From contig JBHGNT010000011.1 of the NCBI GenBank assembly GCA_043228905.1, positions 3,720,001 through 3,784,000 of the forward strand: a DNA stretch of 64,000 nucleotides, in the 5' to 3' direction. Origin of the DNA: Azolla caroliniana. Its lineage: Eukaryota > Plantae > Polypodiophyta. Made by a program: the position numbers and the translations under genes. Below, one piece after another: positions 37,923-51,715 of this stretch (position 1 is the stretch's first letter; each line of letters starts with the position of its first letter). The notes under the pieces are model-generated. The model was not told the DNA's origin and did not search any database. It saw only the letters and a list, made by a program, of their open reading frames with translations.

Positions 37923-40584
37923 TGTACTAAAGTAAGCATTAGATAAGGATAGATTTAGGTAGATAGAAAGAAAGGAGAGAGAGAAAGAAGGGTGCCGATC
38001 CACCCGATCACCCCCGAGCGAAGGGATCGAGACGGACTCGAGCCTCGATCGGCGTCCCATACCACCGTCGTGGCATCGATTCATACCTGGTGCTGGTGCG
38101 CTCGCTACAAGAGTTGACCCACCACAAGACAGAGTCTCGACGTAGTCAACATGATAATGAAATGAGGGTAGCTAGGCCTCTATTTATAGCGATACCCAAG
38201 GCCCCCAGCCATGTTCACACTTGGCCTAATGGGTTGTCTCAATCCCAAGGATTTAAAAGTAATCCTCCCCTTCTTTACACTCTCGTTTAACCCTCACACT
38301 TATCCACGTGTATAGAATACTACGGTAAATTCTCACCACGGGATATTATATGGTCATGCCCGTAACATACTCCCCCTCTTTAAAATATTGCACTCTTGCA
38401 ATGGAAAGTTAGGGAAGTTAGTTTTGAGAGTATTTTCGCGTTCGCATGTGGCATCTTTTATTGATTTATCCATCCATTTTATTTTAAATTCTCGGATTTC
38501 TTTAGTTCATAATTATTTTTTTTTAACATTGAGAATTCTTTCTGGAATATGTGGTTTAGAAGATAATTCTTCATAAGTAACTAGAGTTTCAGTTGTAACT
38601 GTATTGTCGATAGAACCTAGAAGTTTTTTTAGACAACTCACATGAAAGATTGGATGAATTCCAACACCATCGGGAAGAGCGAGACGATAGGCTGATGACC
38701 CAATGCATTTGAGGACTGTAAAAGGTCCACAAAACCATGGGGCTAACTTAGCGCACTTACCCGTAGACAATGTCTTAGAATTGTGAGGTACACGTTAAAA
38801 TACCTTCTGTCCAGGGTTGAATACACGAGGTTGCCTATGATGATAGGCATAAAAACGAGCTCTATCTTGAGCTGTTTTTATATTATCTCGTGCAATATGC
38901 AACATATCTTGCATATCCCGAAGATAGTTTTGTGTACTTCGCAACTCATCATGATGTATATTAACATCAATCGAGGCTCGTGGCTGAAAACCATACATCA
39001 ACATAAAAGGACTATATCCCGTCGACGTATGCTTGGAGCTATTATAAGCAAACTCCAAAATTGAGAGATAACGTTCCCATTTTGTTGGTTTTGCACCAAC
39101 ATATGCTCGAAGCATGTCCTCAATAATTTGATTTACTCGTTCTGTTTGTCCATCGGATTGAATATCATCCGTGGAGCTCATGTTCAACGTAGAACTTCTA
39201 ACTTCTTAAAGACTTGCATCCAGAAGTCACTAGTAAATTTTGGATCTTGATCACTCACGATATCCATCGGTAACCCATGAAAATGAAATAACTCATCAAC
39301 GAATTGGTAAGCCAATTCAGGAGCTGTTACCGTGGTTTTAGTAGCAATAAATCTGGCCATTTTAGTTAGTCGATCAACCACAACCCAGATGACATCATGG
39401 CCTTTTTAGGTGCGAGGAAGACTAACAACCAAATCCATGGATATACTTTCCCACTTATTATTGGGAATGTCCAAGGGATGTAAAGTCCTGCGGCTTTAAG
39501 TCGCTTGGCTTTGTTAACCTGACATTGGTGACATTTAGTCACATAGTTATGTATGTTAGGACGCATCTTAGGCCAATAAAATTGAGTGGAGATGAGAACG
39601 AGTGTACAATGTATTCCAGGGTGCCCTGCTGAGGGTGCATCATGGAATTCAAAAAGAATCCTCTTTTTGACCTCGGGTAAATCTGGAACACAAACCTTCC
39701 CATTACGGTAGAGAAGACCGTTAGCAATGTGGAAGTATTCCTTCAAGGATGTGGTGGTGTCTGTTCCAGACTCAACTCTTGCCCAGTATTTTGCAAAATA
39801 ATTGTCATTAGGATACTTTCCTTGAAGGTGATCATAAAGATCTGATGTTATATCAGTGAAGCTAAGCATGTTAACTTCACGGATGCGACTTAGTGCATCA
39901 GCAACAGTATTCATGGAACCTTTACGATATCGTATGGAAAAATCAAAGTCCTGGATGAGATTAGCCCATCATGCCTTACGACCTTTCAGGTCTTGTTGGT
40001 CACAAAAATATTTCAAGGACTCGTGGTCCGTAGTTACCATAAAGCGATTTCCATAAAGATAATGGCGCCATGTTTTGAGCGCATGTATAACTGCAAATAG
40101 TTCCTTTTCTTGAACGGTATACCGAATTTTAAGCAGAATCAAGTTTCTTACTCTTGAATGCTATTGGTTTACCATCTTGATATAAGACAGCACATATAGC
40201 ATAATCGCTTGCATCGGTTTCAACCTCAAAAGGTTTTAAAGGATCGGGTAAAAGAAGTGAAGGAGCCTTGCATACCAGGTCCTTGAGTTCCTTAAAGGCG
40301 AGGTCTAGTGTAGCATTCCACACAATAGGTTTTGTAGACTTACGCGTTTGACCTTTTAGAAGATCAGTAAACGGCGTCGTCAATTAGGAGTAATTACGAA
40401 GGGATTTTCGTTAAAAGCCGAAAAAACCAAGGAATGATCGAACTTCTCGAATGTTCCGAAGAGTGGGGCAAAGCTTGATTTTCTCGATGCGAGAAGGATC
40501 AATTTCAACTCCTCGTTCGGTTATAAGATGTCCAAGGTAAGTAATTGATTTCTTGAAGAACTCACATTTCGAGATCTTCGCATA
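37923..40584 (-). mobile_element. 3' half of a chromovirus (Ty3/Gypsy): RT end, RNase H, integrase, chromodomain, 3' LTR
   Basis: ETDASDYAI (RNase H); HDAPSAGH...CHQC, QSDGQTE, GPF motif; chromodomain-like PERILNV...FKIKWMDK near 38440-38550. PPT AAAGAGGGGGAGTA 38368-38381; LTR about 37923-38367. Confidence 0.85.
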
Positions 40585-41429
40585 GTGCCACTATTCGAAG
40601 TAGACGTTGTCGGGGCAATTGCCTCGTATATAGTGCACCCGAAAGAAGTCAGGGACGAGCCAGATCAAGAGGCAATCCGGGAACTACGACAGGCACAGGA
40701 ATCCTTGGAACGGGAAATAGCGGTCTCACAACGAGTGAAGGCATCCCAGTTAGAGGAGGTAAACCTTGGGACCGGCGAAGCACCAAAACCAGTAAATGTT
40801 GCAAAAGAAATGCCACCGGTAGAAAAATAGCCAATGGTGGAATTACTTAAAGAGTTTCAGGATGTATTTGCGTGGTCATATGAAGACATGCGAGGATTAG
40901 ACCAACATCAGGTCTATCTCACCAAGGATGCAAAGCCAGTAGCCCAACAATGATACCGGATGAATACGAACTATGTTGTAAAAATGAAAGAAGAAATCGA
41001 TAAGCTGCTAAGAGTCGATTTCATCCGACCGGTGAAACAAGCGACATGGCTAAGCCCAATTGTGGTTGTACCCAAGAAAAACGGAAATATACGGGTCTAT
41101 GTCAACTACCAAAATTTAAATGCGGCTATGGTGACGGGCGGGTTTCCGCTACCATTTACGGATGGGGTCTTAGACGCGGTAGCCGGTCATGAGGTGTACA
41201 GTTTTCTCGATGGATTTAGCGGATACAATCAGATCGGGATGCACCGAATGGGGATTGTTCCTCACAATGGTGATGATGTTCAAGCTCAAGATGGTGCCGG
41301 AAATGTTCCAGCGGATTATTATGGAAATATGCGGGGAATACATTTCAGCCTTTATGCAGGTGTTTCTAGATGATTTCATTATCTATAGGAGGAATGGATG
41401 AAGGGAGAACACCTGGACCATCTCCGAAT

Positions 41430-44400
41430 TGTTGAAAAACAGTGCTCGGCCACAACCGAGGAATAGGATCAACACACAGAAAACGGGAAATACAAAGTGC
41501 ACGAGGACAATAGGGAGAAAGGTACACTGGATATTTTACGTGGAAAACCCTAAATGGGAAAAAACCACGGGAGTCCTGAAACTCCAACTATCACTATGAA
41601 CAGGGATGTACACTGGTGAAGCTACAAGGCAACAACCTTGAGCTCACTGTCTTCGCCACAGGCGGCGGTAATACACAGAGGCAACGACCTCTTCGTCTCT
41701 CTCTCTCTCTTTCTCTCTCACTCGGCTGCTCTCACTCTTCACTCCTCTTGAGTGGAAAAACAGAAAAAAATGAGAAGCGACATCAAACTGTTTGCCCTAA
41801 ATCATATTTATACACATATGACTTTCGGGCTATTTACAAATATAGCCTCAAGGGGCCCTTGGCAAACATATTCACAAATATGTCCCCGCATCCGGATCTC
41901 TCTCCGAGTACATACGTCATCCGGCTCCGCAATCGGGGTCTTCATCATCCGGCTCCGTAACCGGGGTCTTCATCATCCGGCTCCGTAACCGGGTACTCTT
42001 CATCACCCGGTTCCGTAACGGCCTCCGGGCTTGCCGTCATTCATCTCCGGACATCCCATCCGGAGGGACCGAAATCCCAACAAACTCCCCCTTCACTTCG
42101 GCATGGGATGTCTCTCCAACCCGATCCTCTTCCGGCATGCTTCCAGCTTGTCGGGTGTGAGCACCTTGGTCAGCATATCCGACCCGTTCTCGTCCGTGTG
42201 GATCTTCGTCAGCACGAACTCCTTGTCTTCTATCCTTTCCCGGATCCAGTGGTATCTACGCTGGATGTGCTTCGTCCGGGAGTGATAGGCCGCGTTCTTC
42301 GCAAGGTGGATGGCACTCTGACTGTCGCAGTAGAGTCGGTACCCCTCCTGCCGGATACCGAGCTCTCTAATGAAGTCCTTCATCCATATTATTTCCTTGC
42401 CGGCTTCAACAGCCGCCATGTACTCCGCCTCCGTAGTTGACAACGCAACCGTCTTCTGCAGCCTCGACTGCCACGAAACAGCTCCCCCTGCATACGTCAT
42501 CACATACCCTGATGTGGACCGGCTAGTATCTGCATCAGCCGACATATCCGAATCGGTAAAGCCGTCGAGTTCGGGCTTACCGGAGCCGAATCGGAGGCAC
42601 ACGTTTGCCGTGCCCTTCAGGTATCAGAGTATCCACTTGACCGCGTTCCAGTGCTCTTTGCCGGGATTGCTCATGTACCGGCTCACCACTCCGACTGCGT
42701 ATCCTATGTCCGGTCTTGTACACACCATTGCGTACATCAAGCTTCTGACGGCAGAGGCATATGGTACTTTCATCATGTCCTCCTTCTCAGCCTTTGTCTC
42801 GGGGCTTTGCTTGCTGGACAACTTGCAGTTTGCCGGGAGGGTTGACCCGACCGGTCTTGCTTCCGACATGTTGAACCGGTGAAGCACCTTTGTCACGTAC
42901 TTCTCCTGTGACAGCCACAACTGCTTCTTCTTCCGGTTCCGGATGATGTGCATCCCTAGTATTTGCCTCGCTGGACCCAGGTCCTTCATTGAGAAAGTTC
43001 GGTGAAGCGCTTTCTTCAGCATCCGTATCTTGGCCTGGTCCCGTCCGATGATCAACATGTCATCCACGTACAGGAGGAGTATTAGAAAGTCTCCTCCTTC
43101 GAACTTCTTCACAAACACGCAGTGATCGGACTGCGTTTTGTGGTACCCTTCGTCGGTCATGAAGGAGTCGAACTTCCGGTACCATTGCCGGGGAGCCTGC
43201 TTCAGTCCGTAAAGGCTCTTCTTCAACCGGCATACCAGGTGCTCCTTCCCTTTCTTCTCGAATCCTTCCGGTTGCTGCATGTAGATCTCTTCTTCGAGGT
43301 CACCGTGAAGGAATGCCGTCTTTACGTCCATTTGTTCTACCTCGAGGTCCATGCTTGCCGCTATGCTCAGCACCGTCCGGATGGAGGTCATCTTCACTAC
43401 CGGGGCAAATATCTCGTCGAAGTCGACGCCCTTCTTCTGCTGGAACCCCTTCACTACGATCCTGGCTTTGTATCTCGGGGGGTTTCCGGCATCTCCCGGT
43501 TTCAGCTTGAACACCCACTTGTTTCGAAGTGCCCGCTTACCTTTCGGCAACTCCACAAGTTCATATGTGTGGTTCTCATGCAGGGAATCCATCTCCTCCT
43601 GCATGGCACTTAACCACCTGCGGCTATGGTTGTCAAGCTTTGCTTCTTCAAAACTTTCTGGCTCCCCCTCGTCGGTTAGCAGCACGTGCTCTGGTTCCGG
43701 AAATCTCCGGGGGGCCCTTCTCTCTCTTAGAGGATATCTCCGTTCCGGAGCTTCGGTAACCGGCTCCTCCGTTTCCTCTTCATCCGAATCCATTTCGGGA
43801 TCGGGGCCGGTTCCGGTATCAGTTTCATCTTCCTCGGTCGGTTCTGTTTCTTCACCGTCTTCGGCCGGATCCTCGAGTGCTAACCGGTCCCTTGCCGGTC
43901 GGGACTGCTCTTCGTAGAGTTGATCCTCACCGGTTGACTTGGAGCTCTTCATCTTCTTCTCTGACTCCCAGTCGGCGAGTGTCTTGTCCTCCATGAAGAT
44001 GATATCACGACTCCTGAATATCTTCTTGTCGACCGGGTCCCATACTCGGTAGCCGAACTCGTCGTCCCCGTAACCGAGGAATATGCATGGCCGGGTCTTT
44101 GGATCTAACTTTCCTCTCCGGTCCTTTGCCACATGCACGTATGCGAGACACCCGAACACCTTCAGATGCCGGTAGGACACTTCCTTACCGGTCCACACTT
44201 TCTGTGGCGTGTCTCCGTCCAAAGGTACTGAGGGTGATTTATTTATCACATACGTCGCCGTCGACATTGCCTCAGCCCAAAATCCCTTGGGTAATTTCGC
44301 ATGTGCTAGCATACTCCGGACCCTCTCCATTATGGTCCGGTTCATCCTCTCGGCCAGCCCGTTCAGTTCCGGCGTCTTCGGCACAGTAAACTCGAGCCGG

Positions 44401-46850
44401 ATTCCCTTCGAGCGACAGTACTCCTGGAACTGCCCCCGGTATTCCCCTCCGTTATCCGCTCGTATCGCTTTCAGCTTCTTGCCGGATTCCTTTTCCACTC
44501 TCGCGTGGAGTTCTTTGAAGACGGACAATACTTGGTCCTTTGTCTTCAACGGTGCCGTCCACAGCTTCCGGCTGTGGTCATCAATGAATGTCACGAAGTA
44601 CTGGGCTCCGCCATGTGACTTCGTCTCTACTTGACACACGTCAGTGTGCACCAACTCCAATGGTGCGCTACGTCTCGTCGGTGACCTTGTGTGGAAGGAG
44701 GTCCGGTTTTGCTTACCGGCCAGACAGTCGGTACACTTCCCCAAGTGTACATGCTTTACCGGTATCAGGTTGTCTTCGGCAAGCCTCTTCATCCCCTTCT
44801 CACTCATGTGGCACAGTCTTTTGTGCCACAGCTCACCGGCAGTGTCGGCTGCCACATTCAACTCTTCCGGACATAAACGGGCATTCATCAGGTACAGTGT
44901 GTTGTCTTTCCGGGCCCGAGCCACTATCAGGCTCCCCTTGCTGAACTTCATTTCGCCGTTCCGGATGCTACCCGTGTAGCCTTCATCGTCTAGCCTCCCA
45001 GCCGAAATCAGGTTCAATCGAACCTCCGGAACGTGTCGGACATCCTTCAGCAGCATTTTGCATCCGGTCGGGGTTGTCAACCACACGTCTCCTATGCCGG
45101 CAATCCGGCATGTGCCTTCATTTCCCATCCGGACACAGCCGTGCTCACCGGCTGTGTAGGATGAGAAGTATTTCTTCTCCGGGGTCAGGTGGAACGACGC
45201 TCCGGAATCGACCACCCAGGTCATCTCTACACCAGCAAGGTTCAGCTCCCTCTCTTCGGTAATGAGCATTATCTCTTCTTCACTTGCCGCGAGTGCCGTC
45301 GTTCCTTTCCGGTCCTGCCCTCGCCGATCCGGACCTCTCCGGTCCGTGGCTCCCCGGTATGCACCGTTTCTCTCCGGTGACTTCTTCGAATCGGTGTCGT
45401 CAGCTCCGTTGTCCTTTCGGTAATGCCGACAATTCTTCCGGAAGTGCCCCGGCTTCCCACAGTGGAAGCATGTGGGTCTTCCTCTTGACTGCGACCGGGT
45501 CCCCGACTTCTCCCGTCTTTGCAGACTCCGGTTCCATTGTCTTCCCCGTTCCGATTCAGTAAGCAGCGCCTTCGAGTCGGAGGCCGGTTCTTTATCTTTC
45601 CGACGCGCTTCTTCGTTCAAAATGCTTGTCTTTACCGTCTGTAGAGACAAGTTATCTTCGGTGCAGGAGGTGCTGAGAGTCACCACCAAGTTCTCCCAGC
45701 TTTCCGGCAATGTACACATCAGAATGATGGCTTGCATTGCATCCTCCAACGGGAACTTGATCGCCGCAAGCTGGTTCACGAACCCCATGAACGTGCTCAC
45801 GTGTTCCACCATATTCTCGCCGTCCCGGTACTTGAGGTTCACTATCTTCCTCATCAGGGAGGTCCGGTTCAACGCATTCTTCCTCTCGTAGAGGCCCGAC
45901 AGCTTCTTCCACATCTCATATGCGTTGGTGTCGTTCGCCACATGTTGTAGGACGCTTACATCGACATATTGCCGGATCGTCGCTACGGCTTTCCGGTTCA
46001 GGAGCTTCCACTCCGACTCTATTACTCCCTTGGGTATCTCGGCATTGTCGATCGGTTCGTACAGGTCTCGGACGATGAGAAGGTCTTCCATCTTTATCTT
46101 CCAGTCGGCGTAGTTCTGTGAGTTCAACACCATCATGCCCGGAGGCCCACTACCGCCGCCTTCCATTTTCTGTGTTACCGTCGCTCTGATACCAATTTGT
46201 TGAAAAACAGTGCTCGGCCACAACCGAGGAATAGGATCAACACACAGAAAACGGGAAATACAAAGTGCACGAGGACAATAGGGAGAAAGGTACACTGGAT
46301 ATTTTACGTGGAAAACCCTAAATGGGAAAAAACCACGGGAGTCCTGAAACTCCAACTATCACTATGAACAGGGATGTACACTGGTGAAGCTACAAGGCAA
46401 CAACCTTGAGCTCACTGTCTTCGCCACAGGCGGCGGTAATACACAGAGGCAACGACCTCTTCGTCTCTCTCTCTCTCTTTCTCTCTCACTCGGCTGCTCT
46501 CACTCTTCACTCCTCTTGAGTGGAAAAACAGAAAAAAATGAGAAGCGACATCAAACTGTTTGCCCTAAATCATATTTATACACATATGACTTTCGGGCTA
46601 TTTACAAATATAGCCTCAAGGGGCCCTTGGCAAACATATTCACAAATATGTCCCCGCATCCGGATCTCTCTCTGGGTACATACGTCATCCGGCTCCGCAA
46701 TCGGGGTCTTCATCATCCAGCTCCGTAACCGGGGTCTTCATCATCCGGCTCCGTAACCGGGTACTCTTCATCACCCGGTTCCGTAACGGCCTCCGGGCTT
46801 GCCGTCATTCATCTCCGGACATCCCATCCGGAGGGACCGAAATCCCAACA
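41430..46850 (-). mobile_element. Full-length young Ty1/Copia element C, sister of B
   Basis: 653-bp LTRs at 41430-42082 and 46198-46850, about 3 substitutions seen. TSD CGAAT (41425-41429, 46851-46855). PBS 46183-46194; PPT about 42085-42099. Confidence 0.97.
42093..46166 (-). pseudogene. Gag-Pol polyprotein of C with one in-frame nonsense codon (42624-42626)
   Basis: Continuous Gag-PR-IN-RT ORF ending at KWIL*; B has CGA here (WILRYL). RNase H continues in frame to 42093. Confidence 0.95.
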
Positions 46851-47137
46851 CGAATGTGTCTGGAAAAGTGCTAAGGTTCCCGGTTGAGCCTGAACGCGAC
46901 AAAGTGTGTTTTTGGAGTAACGAGCAAGACGCTACTCGGTCACATCGTGAGTAGGGAAGGAATTGCGATCGACCCGGATAAAGTAAAGGCCATCTTGGAA
47001 ACTCCAGCCCGGGCAAATGCCAAAGCGTTAAGTCGGTTTTTAGGGCAGATCCGATGGCACAGCCAGGTGCTCCGGTATCTGACCAACTTCGCCACCCCAT
47101 TACATGCGGTCGTACACCGAACTCCATTCCAATGGAC

Positions 47138-47310
47138 TGTTGAGAATCGAACTCAACTTCCCATAGAAATAGGTTTCACACTAGCTCATGGACATACCAT
47201 GCTAGTTTTGTAAATAGTACAAAGGGCCCTTGCCCTAGTTTAGTTGGTATTTAAACCAACCATTTGTAACCTTGTTACTGATAGAAGTACTATACAGTTT
47301 TCTTGTTAAG

Positions 47311-47357
<47 letters not shown>

Positions 47358-50300
47358 GTTGTACACACACACACTCAATTATCTTCCGCTGCATTACATG
47401 GTATCAAAGCGTGTGGTTGCTTAATCGAATCTATTCGACTGTGTTGTGGTACATGCTGACAATCAACAAAACTAGCTTATTAACAGAGAAGAAATCACCA
47501 TGAGTACAACATGCATCAGTACCTTGTTAGACAAGGATACTGGAGCTATATTGAAGGAGCTCACGAAACGCAACCCAACCCACCTGACACACGCCGACTA
47601 CCCAGCGTGGGAGCAGGTTGCAAGCCATGTGTTGTATTGTCTTGCATCATGTGTACATGATCACATGCTTGGCTATATTCAAGAGGCGAAAACGCCGAAA
47701 GAAGCATGGGGCAATCTCAAGAAGATCTTAGCGGCCAATATGGTTGCTCGCAAACTCCAGCTTCGTCAGGAGTTGAATGGCATTCAACAAAGGGACATGT
47801 CAATCGGCAGTTATGCCTTGAAGATCAAGGAGCTATGCAATGCCCTCGGGTCGATCAATGTTGGCATTGACAACGAAGAAATGGTGCAGATATGCCTCGG
47901 AGGTTTGGCACCTCGATTCAGCGCAACAAGGTCTGCCGTCCTCGCAAGAGAGAATCCTCCCACCTTTTTCGATCTCCAGTCAATATTGTTGGTCGAGGAA
48001 AATCACGCCCGACAAAGGAGCAACGCACTAGAGGTTCAGATGCGTTACTCCCAATCGGATGATAGAAGAAATTTCGGTCGTGGAAATAGAGGTCGATTCG
48101 AACAAGGCCGTCACGGTTAGGAAATCCAAGAGTGTAACTCCCACCAATGGCAAGCGGACAGGAACAACTCTAGAGAGTTCGACAGAAGGGGGAGTCATCA
48201 CGCCGAACCAAGCAGTCGCAATAACCCAATCGAATGTGTATACTGTGGAAAACTCGGACACTACGAAGGGGAGTGTCAAAAGAAGAAACGAGACTCCGCT
48301 TCGACCAGTCGAATGTTCACGAATTACGCATCGAATTCCGACTACGACAATCATAGCGGAATGTTCACGAATTCCGCATCGAAGAAACCTACCTCAAGAA
48401 CCTATTGCATGTTCCTACAATCACGAAAAACTTGGTCTCGGTTAGCCAGATTGTCGAACAAGGAATGCAAGTACGATTCAACAATGATGGGTGCTTTATC
48501 GAAAGAGGTGATCAAGTCGTAGCTCACGGACATCGTGAAGGCCGTATGTTTGTCCTCGAATTGAAGGAGGTAAAATCGGCCATGTTTGCAAAGGGCCTCA
48601 AGGTCGAAACTGACCTAAACTTGTGGCACAAGAGAATTGGTCACATCAATCTCCAAAAACTTCAGAACATGCAATCGAGAGGAGTCGTACTCCGACTCCT
48701 GAACTTTGCCGCACAAGAGATTATGGGTGTATGCAAAGCGTGCCAGTTCGGAAAGCAATGCCGACATCCATTCCCGAAAGAACAGAATGTGGGCAAAGGG
48801 ATCCTGGATGTCGTACATTCAAATGTATGGGGACCGGCCCAAACAAGCACAATCGGCGGATGTCGATATTACGTTACGTTCATCGACAACTTCTCCAGGA
48901 ACACCTGGATCTACCGGATGAAACAAAAGAGCAAAGTGTTTGGATACTTCCAGATATTCAAAGGTGATGTCGAAAAAACAATGGGTCGGCACGTACACTG
49001 CCTTCGATCAGATGGAGGCAAAGAATATTTTTCGGATGAGTTTACGGGATATCTCTGAAAGGAAGGAATCTGACGAGAATTTTCATGTCGTCACACACCT
49101 CAGCAAAACGGCGTAGCTGAGCGTAAAAACCGGCACATAGTAGAAGTCGCTCGGGCTATGATGAATGAGAAGAATCTGCCGAAATCGTACTGGGCAGAAG
49201 CGGCGAACACGGCCGTATACCTCATGAATAGGTGCACAACCTCGGGAGTACACGACGTAACTCCTCATGAGAAGTTCTTTTGAAACAAGCCGGACTTATC
49301 ACATGTCCGCATTTTTGGCGCAATCGCTTACGTACATATTCCCGATGATACGCGACAAAAGCTCGACCTAAAGTCTGCATCCTGGTACGCACCAGAGACA
49401 ACTTTGACTCTGACTTTGATATACGCCGAAATAGAGGTAGAAGCCGAAGATCAAGTTACGCGCATGTTCGACGAAAGCCCAATTACGACACGATTAAGTG
49501 GGCCATCAGAGACACCGAGCAATCAAAGCACATCTCGGCCGAGTCCAAAGCTGGACAAAGGGAATGCGAAAATGCGGGAATACGAAGACCAATTCGAATT
49601 CGAACCAACTCACTCCCTTGACAATGAGTTCGAAGGCCTTGACATCCGCACAGACGGCATGAAGAAAGCTTTAGAATCCGCGAACGAAAAGCTACGCCGA
49701 TCCACCTGAGAGAAGAACCTCATAAACCGTTATGGCTACAATGAGTACATGGCGTATCATTACGCCTTTATGATGAAGCTAGCGACAATACAAGAGACGG
49801 AAATGCTTTCCGGAGCCGTAAAGGATCCGCGATGCATGAGGAAATGGAAGCATATGCAAAAACGAGACATGGGATCTCGTTCCTCACCCGCGGAACAAGA
49901 AAGCAATTGGTTGCAGATGGATTTACAAGGTAAAGCACAATGCCGACGGCTCTGTAAATCGCCTCAAAGCACGTCTTGTTGCGAAAGGATACGCACAAAC
50001 CCACAGCGTAGACTACGAAGAGACCTTTGCCCCGGTGGCAAAGATGACCACTGTACGGACCGTAATTGCCCTGGCAACGGCCAAAGGGTGGCTCTTCCAC
50101 TAGATGGACGTGAAAAATGCCTTCCGCCAAGGAGAATTAGAAGAGGAACTGTGTATGGTTCAACCACCCAGATTTGAATCGCGTAATTATCTGCACGTCG
50201 TATGTCAACTTAAGAAACCACTTTACGGCCGCAAACAAGCACCACGTGCGTGGCACTCGAAGATCATGCAGTATCTTCATCAAATCGGATTTCAAATGTC

Positions 50301-51597
50301 AAAATCAGATACTTCTCTGTACATCCGAAACGACTCAGATAACCCGATTGTCATCATCCTTTACGTGGATGATTTGGTCATCGGAGGAAAAGATGTAGCT
50401 GAGATTAACAAGGACAAATCACTTCTCTCCGACAGATTCGAAATGAAAGACCTGCACAAGCTACATTACTTCTTAGGCATTGAAGTAATTCAAACACCAG
50501 TCGGAATAATGATATCACAACGGCACTACATTCTCAACTTACTCTACAAGTTCGGAATGACGGAGTGCAAACCTGTTTCTACCCCCCTCGATCGTAATTT
50601 CAAGATCAATGCTAACTCCGGCACGACCGAGAGTGAGCTAACTCAGTATCGTCAACTTATTGGTAGCTTAATTTATCTAACCATCACGAGACCCGACCTC
50701 AACTATTTGGTCGGCCTACTTAGTCAATTTATGCAACATCTGCGAAATCTTCATCTAGATTGTGCTAAGCGAATACTTCAGTATGTCAGCACGACGATGG
50801 ACTACGGCATCGTGTATAAGTCGAATACGATCATTCGACTTGAAGGGTACACAGACGCAGACTAGGCAGGATACAAAGCAGATAGACGATCCACATCCAG
50901 ATTCGTCTTCTCTCTTGGTAACGGAGCAATCTCCTGGAACAGTAAGAAGTAGTTGACAGTCACACTTTCAAGCACAGAAGCCGAATATAGGGGCGCGGCA
51001 GTCGCCGCATGTGAAGCCGTATGGCTCAAGCGTATACTGAAGGAGTTGGGCGTACTCATCAAAGATCCAATTCATCTATACTGCAACAACATGAGTAGTA
51101 TCTACCTAGCGCGGAACCCCGTATTCCATGCGCGGACTAAGCACATCAAAGTACACTATCATTTCATCTACGAGCACGCACAGGCTGGAGATATCGATTT
51201 ACAACATATCAGTAAGCACCTCCAAGTTGCTGACATTTTCACGAAAGCCTTTGGTATCGACAAGCTACAGCAGTTCGTGTCGAACCTTGGCTTATCTCTT
51301 CCCGACCAGCCGAGCTTGAGGGGGAGTAAAGAACAGTGAAGCCGAACAATCGAAGTTCAAAGCATTCCGAAGACCGATCCGAAACAATTTTTTGATATAC
51401 GGAAGTTGTGTTCGAAGGGGCGTGTTGAGAATCGAATTCAACTTCCCATAGAAATAGGTTTCACACTAGCTCATGGACATACCATGCTAGTTTTGTAAAT
51501 AGTAGAAAGGGCTCTTGCCCTAGTTTAGTTGGTATTTAAACCAACCGTTTGTAACCTTGTTACTGTTGGAAGTACTATACAGTTTTCTTTTTAAGAG

Positions 51598-51674
<77 letters not shown>

Positions 51675-51715
51675 GTTGTACACACACACACTCAATTATC
51701 TTCCGCTGCATTACA
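47138..51715 (+). mobile_element. Ty1/Copia element D with short (CT)n-containing LTRs, decayed
   Basis: LTRs 47138-47398 and 51423-51715; PBS TGGTATCAAAGC 47399-47410. Gag 47500-48300, integrase 48405-49380, RT/RNase H 49850-51339 (LYVDD). Protease DSG motif absent. No matching TSD. Confidence 0.9.

Noticed and set aside
46167-46355. N-terminal extension of the C polyprotein starting in the LTR (ORF track 1243 aa)
   Set aside because: It uses a non-ATG start, runs through U5/PBS, and is not conserved in sister B. The likely start is ATG at 46166.
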